Assembly (NCBI GenBank): GCA_031288395.1
Contig: JAITRM010000029.1
Location: 31,782 to 95,781, forward strand
Length of the DNA: 64,000 bases
Direction of reading: 5' to 3'
Source: Holosporaceae bacterium
GTDB taxonomy: Bacteria > Pseudomonadota > Alphaproteobacteria > UBA3830
Shown here one piece after another: positions 31,896-41,469 of this stretch. Below the pieces are notes generated by a model. The model searched no databases. It saw only the letters and a list, made by a program, of their open reading frames with translations, and was not told the DNA's origin. The position numbers were made by a program, and so were the translations under genes. Every line of letters begins with the position of its first letter. Positions within the stretch are counted from its first letter, which is position 1.

Positions 31896-33314
31896 CTACA
31901 GGAATACTTTCAACTGCTTTAGTTCCCTAATGGCTTTTTCATAGGCCTGTCTCTTGAAATCAACCACCGTTTGCAGCAGTTCTTCGACTGTAATCCACTT
32001 CCAGGAAGAAAATTCTCTGTTTTCCTTGGCGACGTTCAATTCTCCATCGTCTCCAAGGAAATCGAAAACCACAAATGAAAGCTCTTGTCCAGCGTATTTT
32101 ACCGCCTTGCCATTCTTTTCGAATTTTCGCTGAAAGGATTCGGGGAAATCGTAGCGATATTTACGCGCAGTCGAACCCAGCGCTTGAATTGTCCTGGCGT
32201 TGACTTCTTCAAACAGCTCCCTTCGGGCCGCTTCCAGAAAGTTTTCCCCCTCATCAACGCCGCCCTGGGGCAATTGCCACGCTCCTGGAATATCAGCGCG
32301 TTGCCCCACCAACACCTTGCCGTCTTTTATTAAAAAAATAGCGACACACTTTCTATATGGCAACATGGAAAACCTCTTCATGGAAACACTAACAGGAGCT
32401 ACGACAAAATCTTCGGCCAATCCTTTGGTGAAAGCGGTTATTTGTTCGAATGGAACAACGACGCTATCGTTGTCTTTGATTTTGGAAACGTCTGCGGCGC
32501 TGGATCGGTATCCGATGTTGTGGTAGATCAACCCACTCTCTTTGGACAGCTGGCTCAACATTTCGTTGGATTTCTCCAGATCCAGAAGAGCGAGGCCTCT
32601 CTTCGCCAACTCGTTGCCTATAATAGACATATCCTTTTTGGACTTCGTGAGCAACGTTGGGGTTGTGTTTGCCACGCCGATCGCATACTTGGCGGAGGCA
32701 GTCAAATAGCGCAGCTTCTCCAGCATATCATCCGGATCCGCGTTGGCCAGGAACGGAGAAATTGTATTTTTTTTATCGTCCGGAATGGAAGATTGCGTTG
32801 GAATCTGAAGAAAAAACTCATGACCATTTTTGACGACTATTGAGGCGATTTCTTCCAATTTACCGAGGTAGTGGGGAAAAATGAATGTAACTTTTGCGTT
32901 CCCCAGCACTCTAATAAAAGCGGCAAAGGACTCCGGATCCGTATCCTCGACCTGTACGGCAACGAACACTCTTTTTAATGGCGGCGAAGCTTTGAACGGC
33001 GAAGAATACACGTCGAATATCTGCCTTCCGTAGCCAATAATTCGCGGCAACTCGCCGTACTTTGTTCGTTCGTAGAATCCGATGTCTGGATCGGCGTTTT
33101 CTTCCTTCCCCAACCGAACAAAAATGCCCGGCTTCTCACGCTTCGACTCCAAATTCGCCAAATCTTCGTTTATTAGGATTCTACATTGGTAGTTAGAAAC
33201 ATATTCGCTGCGGAAATAGTGATACAGCTCGACCCCGGCCACAAATAAAACCACCGTTGTGATGAAAATAAGCCAGGCGCCGACCAGCTTCCTATTTCTT
33301 TTCATTTTTCCCAT
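31896..33314 (-). CDS. rppH: Fusion of a membrane-anchored divergent polysaccharide deacetylase (YibQ-like) with RNA pyrophosphohydrolase RppH (Nudix)
   Basis: 472 aa. Residues 1-311 have a TM anchor plus YibQ/PF04748-like blocks (VFVAVQVEDTD, FIFPHYL, HEFFLQIP, AIGVANTTPT). Residues 312-472 form a full-length RppH beginning MKRFSMLPYRKCVAIFL, with the Nudix box GGVDEGENFLEAARRELFEEVN. No stop separates the two parts. Confidence 0.8.
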   Translation of the reverse strand: MGKMKRNRKLVGAWLIFITTVVLFVAGVELYHYFRSEYVSNYQCRILINEDLANLESKREKPGIFVRLGKEENADPDIGFYERTKYGELPRIIGYGRQIFDVYSSPFKASPPLKRVFVAVQVEDTDPESFAAFIRVLGNAKVTFIFPHYLGKLEEIASIVVKNGHEFFLQIPTQSSIPDDKKNTISPFLANADPDDMLEKLRYLTASAKYAIGVANTTPTLLTKSKKDMSIIGNELAKRGLALLDLEKSNEMLSQLSKESGLIYHNIGYRSSAADVSKIKDNDSVVVPFEQITAFTKGLAEDFVVAPVSVSMKRFSMLPYRKCVAIFLIKDGKVLVGQRADIPGAWQLPQGGVDEGENFLEAARRELFEEVNARTIQALGSTARKYRYDFPESFQRKFEKNGKAVKYAGQELSFVVFDFLGDDGELNVAKENREFSSWKWITVEELLQTVVDFKRQAYEKAIRELKQLKVFL

Positions 33315-34815
33315 CGCTCATGTCCACAAACCTTTTCAACACTTTTATGACGTCGAAGGCTTTGCTCAACTGATAATCTTTTTCAACGCGTTCTCCGAGG
33401 GAAAGCTTCCGATACAAGAGCTCCTGATCTTCCTCTTCGCCGTCTTTTTTATCCTTTTTCTTTCCCAATTCGTCAAGGCTCTTTTTATTCTGCATGTCGC
33501 TGAACCTTTTATTTTTGGCTTTTTTATCCACATCCATGGCGTTGTTAAAGAATTCTTCTCGTATGACAAACATACCCTCCGGTTTCTTTATTATGGCATA
33601 ATCGGCCTCGATATCCGGAGATATGCCGTTCGCCTGAATGCATTCGCCGCTTGGAGTGTAATGTTTCGCCACCGTTAATTTTATGGCAGTTTTTTCGGAA
33701 AGTGGAATAACCTTCTGCACCGATCCTTTGCCGAACGACCTTGTCCCGACAATTATGGCCCTTTTATTATCCCGCAAAGCGCCGGCCACTATTTCCGGAG
33801 CGGAGGCTGTGCCATTGTTAATCAAAGCGACCAGAGGCAATCCACTGGTCAAATCTCCGGCGTCCGCCGCAAAAAGCTTCGTATTTTCGGCGGTGCGACC
33901 GCGGGTGGATACTATTTTCCCGCCATTCAGAAAAATGTTTGATACGGAAACGGCTTCGTCCAGCAATCCTCCGGGGTTGTTTCTCAAATCCAGAATAATG
34001 CCGTGCAGATTTTTGCCTTTGTTATCGCTGATGAATTTCTTAATATCCTTGGTGGTGTTTTTATCAAAGGTCGAGATTCTAATGTAGCCAATGTTATCGA
34101 GGACTTCAGCCTTTACCGATTGCACCTTTATGATATCGCGCTCGATTTCCACGTCAAAAGGAAGCTTATCTTCCCTTTTTATCTTCAGTTTCACTTTGGT
34201 TTTCGGTTTGCCGCGTAATTTTTCCATGGCTTCTTCGGAGCTGATCCCGTTAATGCATTCGTCGTTGATATATATGATCAGGTCGCCGCACTTTAGGCCG
34301 GCCTTATAGGCGGGAGTATCGTCTATGGGGGAGATTATCCTAATGAATCCGTCGTCTATCATGATTTCTATGCCGACGCCGCCAAATTCTCCGTCCGTTT
34401 GGTTCCGCAACGAGGCGAACGCTTTCTCATTGAGATAGGAGGAGTGCGGGTCCAGGGAAGCCAACGCGCCGGCGATGGACTTCTCGGTTATTTCACATTC
34501 GGATAGATTTTTCACATATTCCAAACGGATAAGGTTAAATATCAGCTGCAGAAAAACCGGATAACGCATGTCCTGCGGGATGTTTTTTTCGACGCTTTCG
34601 GGAATGATGAGACCGCATTCTTTGCAGTCGTCCTTCTCCTGCAATAAGTTATCGGAAGATTTTTCCAGTTTCTTGATGCTCGATGGAATCTCTTCGACGC
34701 CAACGTTTTTGGCGGAGCTTCCGGCGTCGCAGACGTTACATGCGCAAACGAAGAAGAATGACGAGATGAAAATCAACGCGCGCCTCATTTGGAAATGGAT
34801 TTTCAGCAGTTTCAT
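33292..34815 (-). CDS. ctpA: Carboxy-terminal processing protease (S41)
   Basis: It has a signal peptide, a PDZ region (TPAYKAGLKCGDLIIYIND) and S41 catalytic blocks (LINNGTASAPEIVAGALRD, GTRSFGKGSVQ). Confidence 0.9.
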   Translation of the reverse strand: MKLLKIHFQMRRALIFISSFFFVCACNVCDAGSSAKNVGVEEIPSSIKKLEKSSDNLLQEKDDCKECGLIIPESVEKNIPQDMRYPVFLQLIFNLIRLEYVKNLSECEITEKSIAGALASLDPHSSYLNEKAFASLRNQTDGEFGGVGIEIMIDDGFIRIISPIDDTPAYKAGLKCGDLIIYINDECINGISSEEAMEKLRGKPKTKVKLKIKREDKLPFDVEIERDIIKVQSVKAEVLDNIGYIRISTFDKNTTKDIKKFISDNKGKNLHGIILDLRNNPGGLLDEAVSVSNIFLNGGKIVSTRGRTAENTKLFAADAGDLTSGLPLVALINNGTASAPEIVAGALRDNKRAIIVGTRSFGKGSVQKVIPLSEKTAIKLTVAKHYTPSGECIQANGISPDIEADYAIIKKPEGMFVIREEFFNNAMDVDKKAKNKRFSDMQNKKSLDELGKKKDKKDGEEEDQELLYRKLSLGERVEKDYQLSKAFDVIKVLKRFVDMSDGKNEKK

Positions 34816-35849
34816 TAGATTTTTCCTTTCTCTAGAGTTTCCAATAACCAGTGTCTCGGATCAAGGGGCTCTCCAGATTTTTTCAACTCCATTTTTATTA
34901 CAAAATCGTCCCGAGAAACAGTCCCCATTCTACCAATATAATCTCCGATTTCCACAATGTCGCCGGTTGAGACAAATAACGAATCCATGCCGTAGAGAAA
35001 TATGCGATGATCGCCATTACTGATTATGATCATGTTTCCGTAATTTAAAAATTTCCCTTTAAATACAACCAATCCTTTGGCCGGAGAGGTAACGACGGCG
35101 CCGGGATGAGTCGCAAACGCGGTATGGTATGCCATTTCGTTGTTGGGGCCTTTGTCTCCAAATTCAGAAACGATTTTACCGACGACCGGATAGACCAAAG
35201 CCAGCTCCGTCGAAATTTTTATGTTTCTCAGCACTCCGATGGTATTTTCCGCCTCCAATTCTGCGTCCAATTCCTCTATGGACTCTGATTTACTGGCAAT
35301 GTGGTAGACTATGTCATCCTGAATGATGTTTTCCGACCTTGTTTTGGCCAATTGGTCTGTTTTGGAGCTTATTTCCGCGCAGAGCGCTTCATAGGAGGCT
35401 TTTTTTTCCGCAAGATCGTTCAAGTAGTGCTGTTTGTTTCTCCTTAGCAGGGACGCTTCCACTCTGTTTTTGCCCAGTTGTGCGCTGATTCCCTTAAAAT
35501 AAGACGAGAAATTTTTTACAATAATGGAACACCTTACGAAATCATTTTTGTTGTCCTCCTGCGCTAAAACCAGTAAATTAGAAAAGCGCTGTATGTCTAC
35601 GAGAATCGTGTAGCAGCGGGCTAGAATCTCGAATATGTTGCGAATGAGCGGCGCAAAAATCTTTTCCTTCTGATTAATTATCTCTATTTCCGCTGTGGCT
35701 CTGGACATTTCTCTTTCCAGATCCTGCGCTTTTTTGCAGAGCGAACGTATTTCCTGCGGCTGCTGTAAATTCTTTTTAGATTCGGCCCGGCAATCGGACA
35801 GGGTAACGCCGCATGCCAGAATAAAAACTCCGAAAATTATTTCACGCAT
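34815..35849 (-). CDS. M23/LytM-domain murein hydrolase activator (EnvC-like)
   Basis: It has a signal peptide and long coiled-coil segments. The C-terminal LytM-like domain shows in GAVVTSPAKGLVVFKG...GNMIIISNGDHRIFLYGMD...GDIVEIGDYIGRMG. It sits upstream of ctpA, as is usual in Alphaproteobacteria. Confidence 0.8.
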   Translation of the reverse strand: MREIIFGVFILACGVTLSDCRAESKKNLQQPQEIRSLCKKAQDLEREMSRATAEIEIINQKEKIFAPLIRNIFEILARCYTILVDIQRFSNLLVLAQEDNKNDFVRCSIIVKNFSSYFKGISAQLGKNRVEASLLRRNKQHYLNDLAEKKASYEALCAEISSKTDQLAKTRSENIIQDDIVYHIASKSESIEELDAELEAENTIGVLRNIKISTELALVYPVVGKIVSEFGDKGPNNEMAYHTAFATHPGAVVTSPAKGLVVFKGKFLNYGNMIIISNGDHRIFLYGMDSLFVSTGDIVEIGDYIGRMGTVSRDDFVIKMELKKSGEPLDPRHWLLETLEKGKI

Positions 35850-35850
35850 T

Positions 35851-37164
35851 CTATGATTCTAACTTTTCAAAACCTCTTCCCACAGAGCAGTAGGCAAAGC
35901 CCGAAGCTTTTACCTCCGAGACCGGATACATACTCCTCAAGTCAATGAGCAAAGGATTTCTCACGCGATGGCGCAATTCCTTCAGATTAAGCGCCCTAAA
36001 TTCGCTCCAATCCGTAATTATCACCACGGCGTCTGCGTCGCTGCAGTTGTCATAGGCATTCTTACTCCAGACAACGTCGCTGAAAATCTTCTCCGCCTGC
36101 TTCGAAAATGATGGATCATAGATTTTTATACGCGCTCCGCGCTTGATCAGTTCCTCGATGATATCTATGCTGGGACTATCGCGCATATCGTCGGTATCTG
36201 CTTTGAACGTCACGCCCAGTACCGAGATGTTTTTGCCTTTTACGTCATGATCGCAGGCCTGAAGAATCTTCTCGACCATCCTTTGCCGTCTGTCTCCATT
36301 GGATCTGATGGTTTCGTTAACCAGCGGCATGGCTGCCCCAAGCTTGTGGGCGAAATCCTCCAGGGCAGAAGTATCCTTTGGGAAACAGGAACCGCCGTAG
36401 CCGGGACCGGCCTGCAAAAACTGATCTCCTATGCGCTTATCCAGGCCCATGGCCAGCGCCACTTCATTGACGTCAGCCCCGCAGCATTCGCATAGATTCG
36501 CAATTTCGTTTATGAACGTAATTTTCATGGCTAGAAAAGCGTTGGATGCGTATTTGGATAACTCTGCGGTTTCCAGACTCGTAAAGACGATGGGAATATT
36601 GAACACATAGAGCGGACGATAAACGTGGGATAGAATTTCCCGCGCCCTTTCGCTTTCTACGCCCAAAATGACGCGATCCGGATGCATAAAATCTTCGACG
36701 GCCGCGCCCTCCTTCAAAAACTCCGGATTAAAGACTACATCCAGTTTAACGCCTCGGTTCAGAAGAAAATTTTTTACGGCCCTCGTCGTTCCCACCGGTA
36801 CCGTCGACTTTATCACCAGCACTGCATCTTTATTTACGGAGGCTGCCAGCTCGTCAACGGCTTGATAGACACAGGATAGATCGGCGCTGCCGTCGCTTTT
36901 GCTGGGAGTTCCAACGGCGATGAAGACGATGTCCGCATCACGCACGCTCTCTTTGGCGTCTGTGCTAAAGCTTAGACGCTCCGCCTGAATATTTTTTAGC
37001 AGCAATTTGTCTAATCCGGGCTCGTACAGGGGAATATCTCCCCTTTGCAGAGCGGTGATTTTTGCGACATTATTGTCGACGCAGACAACGTCGAAACCAA
37101 ACTCCGAAAAGCAAACTCCCGAGACCAATCCGACGTACCCTGTTCCAATTACTGTGATTTTCAT
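35851..37164 (-). CDS. ugd: UDP-glucose 6-dehydrogenase
   Basis: Starts MKITVIGTGYVGLVSGVCF (Rossmann fold). It has the catalytic region GGSCFPKD and is 437 aa. Confidence 0.93.
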   Translation of the reverse strand: MKITVIGTGYVGLVSGVCFSEFGFDVVCVDNNVAKITALQRGDIPLYEPGLDKLLLKNIQAERLSFSTDAKESVRDADIVFIAVGTPSKSDGSADLSCVYQAVDELAASVNKDAVLVIKSTVPVGTTRAVKNFLLNRGVKLDVVFNPEFLKEGAAVEDFMHPDRVILGVESERAREILSHVYRPLYVFNIPIVFTSLETAELSKYASNAFLAMKITFINEIANLCECCGADVNEVALAMGLDKRIGDQFLQAGPGYGGSCFPKDTSALEDFAHKLGAAMPLVNETIRSNGDRRQRMVEKILQACDHDVKGKNISVLGVTFKADTDDMRDSPSIDIIEELIKRGARIKIYDPSFSKQAEKIFSDVVWSKNAYDNCSDADAVVIITDWSEFRALNLKELRHRVRNPLLIDLRSMYPVSEVKASGFAYCSVGRGFEKLES

Positions 37165-37167
37165 GCT

Positions 37168-37974
37168 TTAATTCCCGCGAAAATTCTCTATGACGCATTT
37201 TAGGCTTCTATCCAGACAGGCCACATGTAGGATGGCGTCCAGCAGCCCTTCCTTTGAGCCGCAATCAAACCTCTGTCCCTCAAATTTAAAGCCCGTTAGT
37301 CCAGTGGACGGAATCATTTCCAGAAGAGCATCCGTCAGCTGAATTTCATTGCCAACGCCGGGCTTTAGATTGATCAGCACCTCGAAAACCTTCGGCGATA
37401 GTAGATATCTCCCAACTATCGCGTGGGTAGACTTTGCCGCGTCCACCGACGGCTTTTCATCCACCGACTTCGCGACCACTAGCCTTCCGGATTCGCTTTC
37501 CACATCCAAAATGCCATACTTGCTGACTTCTTCCCGAGGCACCGTTGCTACGGCCGCCATATTTGAGCCGTCGTAGCAAGCTATCATCTCGCCAATGCAG
37601 GATTTGTCGTGCAGTATGAAATCGTCCGCCGACATAACGGCAAATGGCTCGTCTCCTATCAAATTTTTCGCGCAGAGAACGGCATGCCCGAGACCGCGGG
37701 GTTCGTTTTGGCGAACGTAGCATACGCTTCCCATTTTTATGTTAAAATGCCGCGAGTGGGTAAACATGTAGTCGAAATAATCTTCTATGGAATTTTTGCC
37801 GTGGCGCGTAACCAAAATAAACTGCTCTATACCAGCCGCCATAGCCTCTTCAAATGCGTAATGGATCAACGGCTTATCGATTATTCCCAACATTTCCTTG
37901 GGGATCGCTCTGGTGATGGGAAGAAATCGCGTTCCCAAACCACCGACCGGAAACACAACCTTGCGAATTTTCAT
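37168..37974 (-). CDS. galU: UTP--glucose-1-phosphate uridylyltransferase
   Basis: VFPVGGLGTRFLPITRAIPKEMLGIIDKPLIHYAFEE is the GalU signature. The likely start is MKIRKVVFPV at 37974; the track start at 37995 adds 7 codons. Confidence 0.92.
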   Translation of the reverse strand: MKIRKVVFPVGGLGTRFLPITRAIPKEMLGIIDKPLIHYAFEEAMAAGIEQFILVTRHGKNSIEDYFDYMFTHSRHFNIKMGSVCYVRQNEPRGLGHAVLCAKNLIGDEPFAVMSADDFILHDKSCIGEMIACYDGSNMAAVATVPREEVSKYGILDVESESGRLVVAKSVDEKPSVDAAKSTHAIVGRYLLSPKVFEVLINLKPGVGNEIQLTDALLEMIPSTGLTGFKFEGQRFDCGSKEGLLDAILHVACLDRSLKCVIENFRGN

Positions 37975-38068
37975 AGAAATGTCCATGCAAACCAAGCCGT
38001 CGCATGATAACGTGCCAAATGCGCATAAGCAACAGATGTACAGTTGAAAGATATGTGAGCGACGGCGC

Positions 38069-39268
38069 CTACCCTAAAACGCAGGCGTCTTTCATCGCCT
38101 CAACTCCCGGAAGTTCGCTTCCTTCTATGTAGGATAAAAACGCGCCGCCCGCAGTAGAGATATGCGACAGGTCTTGGGCAACGCCGAATTTGCTCATGGC
38201 GAAACCGGTATCTCCGCCGCCTACGATGGAAATTAGGCGTTTTTCCCGGGTTAATTGCGCCACTTCCTTCGCAATGGACATTGTCCCAAAGTTAAACGGC
38301 GCTCTTTCAAACAGGCCAACCGGACCATTCCAGAGCAACATTTTGCTTTCTCCAATGTTTTTTTTGAACAGATCGACCGACGCCGGACCTATGTCAAATA
38401 CGCTGGCTTCATCTTTCTCGCAGGAGATAATGGCGTGCCTAAAGGAATCGCGATCGTTAATCAGTGCTGAAAAATCTATTGGCATTATCAATTCGCAACC
38501 GCACTGTCGGGCGTTTTCTATAATTTCCGCAACGTCGCTTTCATATTCTTTTGGATCAAAAATTTTCAGCGTTTTATTCCCGAGAAACGAAAGGAAAGCT
38601 CCGGCGATGCCGCCGCCCAGTGCCAGCTTGTGCACTCTCTTTACTAAATTTTTCAACAGCTTAACCTTTGTTGATAGCTTAGAGCCGCCTATGAGGCACA
38701 TCTTGGGGAAACTTGCATCCGAAAAGAAATCTTCCACGATCTGCACTTCATTTTTGAATGACAATCCGAGAGCGTGAGGCAGGAACTGCGGAACGGCAAA
38801 AATAGAAGCATGCCGGCGATGGGAAACAGAAAAGGCTTCGTTGATGTAGAAATCCGCCAAGCCGGCCAGTTTTTTAGCAAATTCCATATTGCAGGACTCT
38901 TCTTCCGTATGAAACCTTAAATTTTCCAACAAAATGATTTCGTCGGGTGATGTTTGGGAAATGGTGGCGGATGCATTTTCGCTCAGATAATCGCCCATAA
39001 GCACAACTTTTGCCTTATACTCGTCAGCAACGTCGCTTCTAACCACTTCTAGACTTTGATCTGGATTAAATAAGGAGGTCTTTCCCAAATGGGACGCCAA
39101 TATTATTTTCGCTCGCGCTTCCCTCAAAAATTGCACCGTTCCAGCTGCATTTTTAATTCTCGCCCTATCCTGAACAACGCCGTCTTCCAGTGGAACATTA
39201 AAATCGACGCGAACGAGAACTTTTTTGCCTTCTAAATCGCTTTTTTTTATAACTTTATAATCGCCCAT
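38069..39268 (-). CDS. pgk: Phosphoglycerate kinase
   Basis: 399 aa with LVRVDFNVPL, ASHLGK, and GGGDTGFA plus STAGGAFLSYIEG near the C-terminus. Confidence 0.96.
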   Translation of the reverse strand: MGDYKVIKKSDLEGKKVLVRVDFNVPLEDGVVQDRARIKNAAGTVQFLREARAKIILASHLGKTSLFNPDQSLEVVRSDVADEYKAKVVLMGDYLSENASATISQTSPDEIILLENLRFHTEEESCNMEFAKKLAGLADFYINEAFSVSHRRHASIFAVPQFLPHALGLSFKNEVQIVEDFFSDASFPKMCLIGGSKLSTKVKLLKNLVKRVHKLALGGGIAGAFLSFLGNKTLKIFDPKEYESDVAEIIENARQCGCELIMPIDFSALINDRDSFRHAIISCEKDEASVFDIGPASVDLFKKNIGESKMLLWNGPVGLFERAPFNFGTMSIAKEVAQLTREKRLISIVGGGDTGFAMSKFGVAQDLSHISTAGGAFLSYIEGSELPGVEAMKDACVLG

Positions 39269-39498
39269 GGTTTGACTCTAGCTTGAGGTGATCTGGTATG
39301 TGCAGGATCTTGTAAAAAAATGAAAAAAAAATTAACAACACTCAAATTTTTTTGCGGTCAAGCATGGGGCATGCTAGCACAAAACCAGCTCAATCAAAAC
39401 TTTTTTGTATATTTAAAAAAAAAATACTTGTGAAATGCTTGTAAAACTACTATCTGATACAATGAATTTTGCTGTATTCAAAATTTATAGGAGACACA

Positions 39499-40158
39499 AT
39501 GCCAGAGATAGTTTTGACAGGACATGCAGGGAGAATAGAGGCTAAATATCACCATAGTAGGGATTCTCTAGCTCCGTTGGCAATAATTTTGCACCCCAAT
39601 CCGCTTCAGGGCGGAAGCATGAACAATCGCGTAACAGTGTCGCTATATAATGCCTTCGTTAAAAACGGATTTTCCACCATAAGGTTCAACTTCAGAGGAG
39701 TTGGAAAATCAGAAGGAATCCACGATAAGGGGGAGGGCGAATTGACCGATGCAGCGGCCGTTCTCGACTGGATACAGTCCATAAACCAAGGGCAACGCGC
39801 CATCTGGATTGCCGGATTTTCCTTTGGATCGCTCATAGGGATGCAGCTGCTCATGAGACGTCCAGAAATTTCCGGATTTGTATCCGTGTGCCCTCCGGCA
39901 AACATATATGACTTTTCTTTTTTAGCTCCGTGTCCGGTTTCCGGGATGATTATCAATGGAGAAGATGATCAAATATGCCCCATTGTCAATGTGAACAAGT
40001 TGGTGGACAAGCTCAATAGCCAGAGGGGCATATCCATAGACTATAGACTAATTCCCCACTGCGATCACTCCTTCCAGGATCACTTGACCACCATCCAGGA
40101 GTATGCTACGGAGTACCTGACGGCTAGGAATCTGACGAAAAGCGCGGCGACAGTGTAG
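39499..40158 (+). CDS. Alpha/beta hydrolase (COG2945-like)
   Basis: Block pattern GRIEAKYHHS...LAIILHPNPLQGGSMNNRV...RFNFRGVGKSEG, with the nucleophile elbow GFSFG. GGAGA lies 5 nt upstream of ATG 39499. Confidence 0.75.
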   Translation: MPEIVLTGHAGRIEAKYHHSRDSLAPLAIILHPNPLQGGSMNNRVTVSLYNAFVKNGFSTIRFNFRGVGKSEGIHDKGEGELTDAAAVLDWIQSINQGQRAIWIAGFSFGSLIGMQLLMRRPEISGFVSVCPPANIYDFSFLAPCPVSGMIINGEDDQICPIVNVNKLVDKLNSQRGISIDYRLIPHCDHSFQDHLTTIQEYATEYLTARNLTKSAATV

Positions 40159-40177
40159 GTTGGTTAGTTAGTTTGGC

Positions 40178-41428
40178 ATGAAATATAAATCTTCTTTTCT
40201 GAACGAAGCCAGCATGCGGGGCTTCTTCTACCAGTCCACCAATCTGGAGGCGATGGACGAGTTTCTGGTCGCCAAAGGAAGGCGCGGGTATTTGGGCTTT
40301 GATATTACCGCTAAAAGTCTTCACGTGGGGCACCTTATCCCCATATTTTTGCTGAGATTGTTCCAAAAACACGGACATAAACCGGTGATGTTGGTTGGCG
40401 GAGGCACCACAAAAATCGGAGACCCCTCTTTCAAAAACACAGCGCGCCCAATTTTGACGGACGAAGAGATTTTTGAAAATATGAAGGGCATAAAGTCCTG
40501 CCTCCTTCCATTTCTTAGGTTTGGAAACGGCGACTCCGATGCAATTTTGACCAATAATGCCGATTGGTTAGACAAGCTGGAATACATCCCTTTCCTGCGG
40601 GAAATAGGCAAATACTTTTCCGTCAATCGCATGATAGGTTTTGAATCTGTGAAGGCAAAATTGACGGAGAATAGCTCCCTAAGTTTTCTCGAATTTAACT
40701 ACATGATCCTGCAGGCCTACGATTTCTACAGATTATATTCCGATATGGACTGTCGCATTCAGTTCGGCGGGCAGGACCAATGGGGGAATATAGTGTGCGG
40801 CGTGGAATTGGTGCGAAAAAAGCTAAACGCCGAGGCTTTTGGATTCACAAGCCCTCTACTTACCACCAGCGACGGAAAAAAAATGGGGAAAACCTCATCC
40901 GGGGCCGTTTGGCTATCGAAGGACATGCTTTCGGCCTACGATTTTTGGCAGTATTGGCGCAATGTGAACGACGCTGATGTGATAAAACTGATGTATCTGT
41001 TTACGGACGTCGAAATTGACGAAATCAAGAAAATGGAAACCGCTTGTGGAGAGGAGCTAAACGAGCTCAAGATACGGCTGGCGGATGAAATTACTTCCAT
41101 TGCCCACGGTGAAGAATCTCTGCACCCTATACATCAAGCAGTTTCCGGTGTTTTTGAAGCCGACGGAGATCTGTCTTCCATAACTTCAATTCCCCGCTAC
41201 ACTTTGGAGAGGTCAAATCTGAACGCCGCGTCCATAATCGATATCGTCGTAAGCAGTGGGATTTGCGCCACGCGCGGCGAGGCCAAGCGACTGTTGCGGA
41301 GCGGAGGGATTTACGTTAACGGCGTAAGCATCGGCGAGGAATATAGCGCGCCAACGACGCTGACGGCCGGAGATACGCTAAAGCTGTCCTGCGGGAAAAA
41401 GAAGCACATTCTTATAGTCCTGGAATAA
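40178..41428 (+). CDS. tyrS: Tyrosine--tRNA ligase
   Basis: HIGH motif (LHVGHL), KMSKS motif (KMGKT), a C-terminal S4-like domain, 416 aa. Confidence 0.96.
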   Translation: MKYKSSFLNEASMRGFFYQSTNLEAMDEFLVAKGRRGYLGFDITAKSLHVGHLIPIFLLRLFQKHGHKPVMLVGGGTTKIGDPSFKNTARPILTDEEIFENMKGIKSCLLPFLRFGNGDSDAILTNNADWLDKLEYIPFLREIGKYFSVNRMIGFESVKAKLTENSSLSFLEFNYMILQAYDFYRLYSDMDCRIQFGGQDQWGNIVCGVELVRKKLNAEAFGFTSPLLTTSDGKKMGKTSSGAVWLSKDMLSAYDFWQYWRNVNDADVIKLMYLFTDVEIDEIKKMETACGEELNELKIRLADEITSIAHGEESLHPIHQAVSGVFEADGDLSSITSIPRYTLERSNLNAASIIDIVVSSGICATRGEAKRLLRSGGIYVNGVSIGEEYSAPTTLTAGDTLKLSCGKKKHILIVLE

Positions 41429-41469
41429 ATCGAATTCTCATTTCGTAACGATAAAATCTAGTTTTATGT

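Noticed and set aside
39269-39498. AT-rich 230-bp divergent intergenic region (pgk / hydrolase) with A-tracts and a small AGCATG-GGG-CATGCT palindrome, considered as a possible origin or regulatory element.
   Set aside because: It has no DnaA boxes, parS or repeated motifs. It is most simply a pair of divergent promoters.
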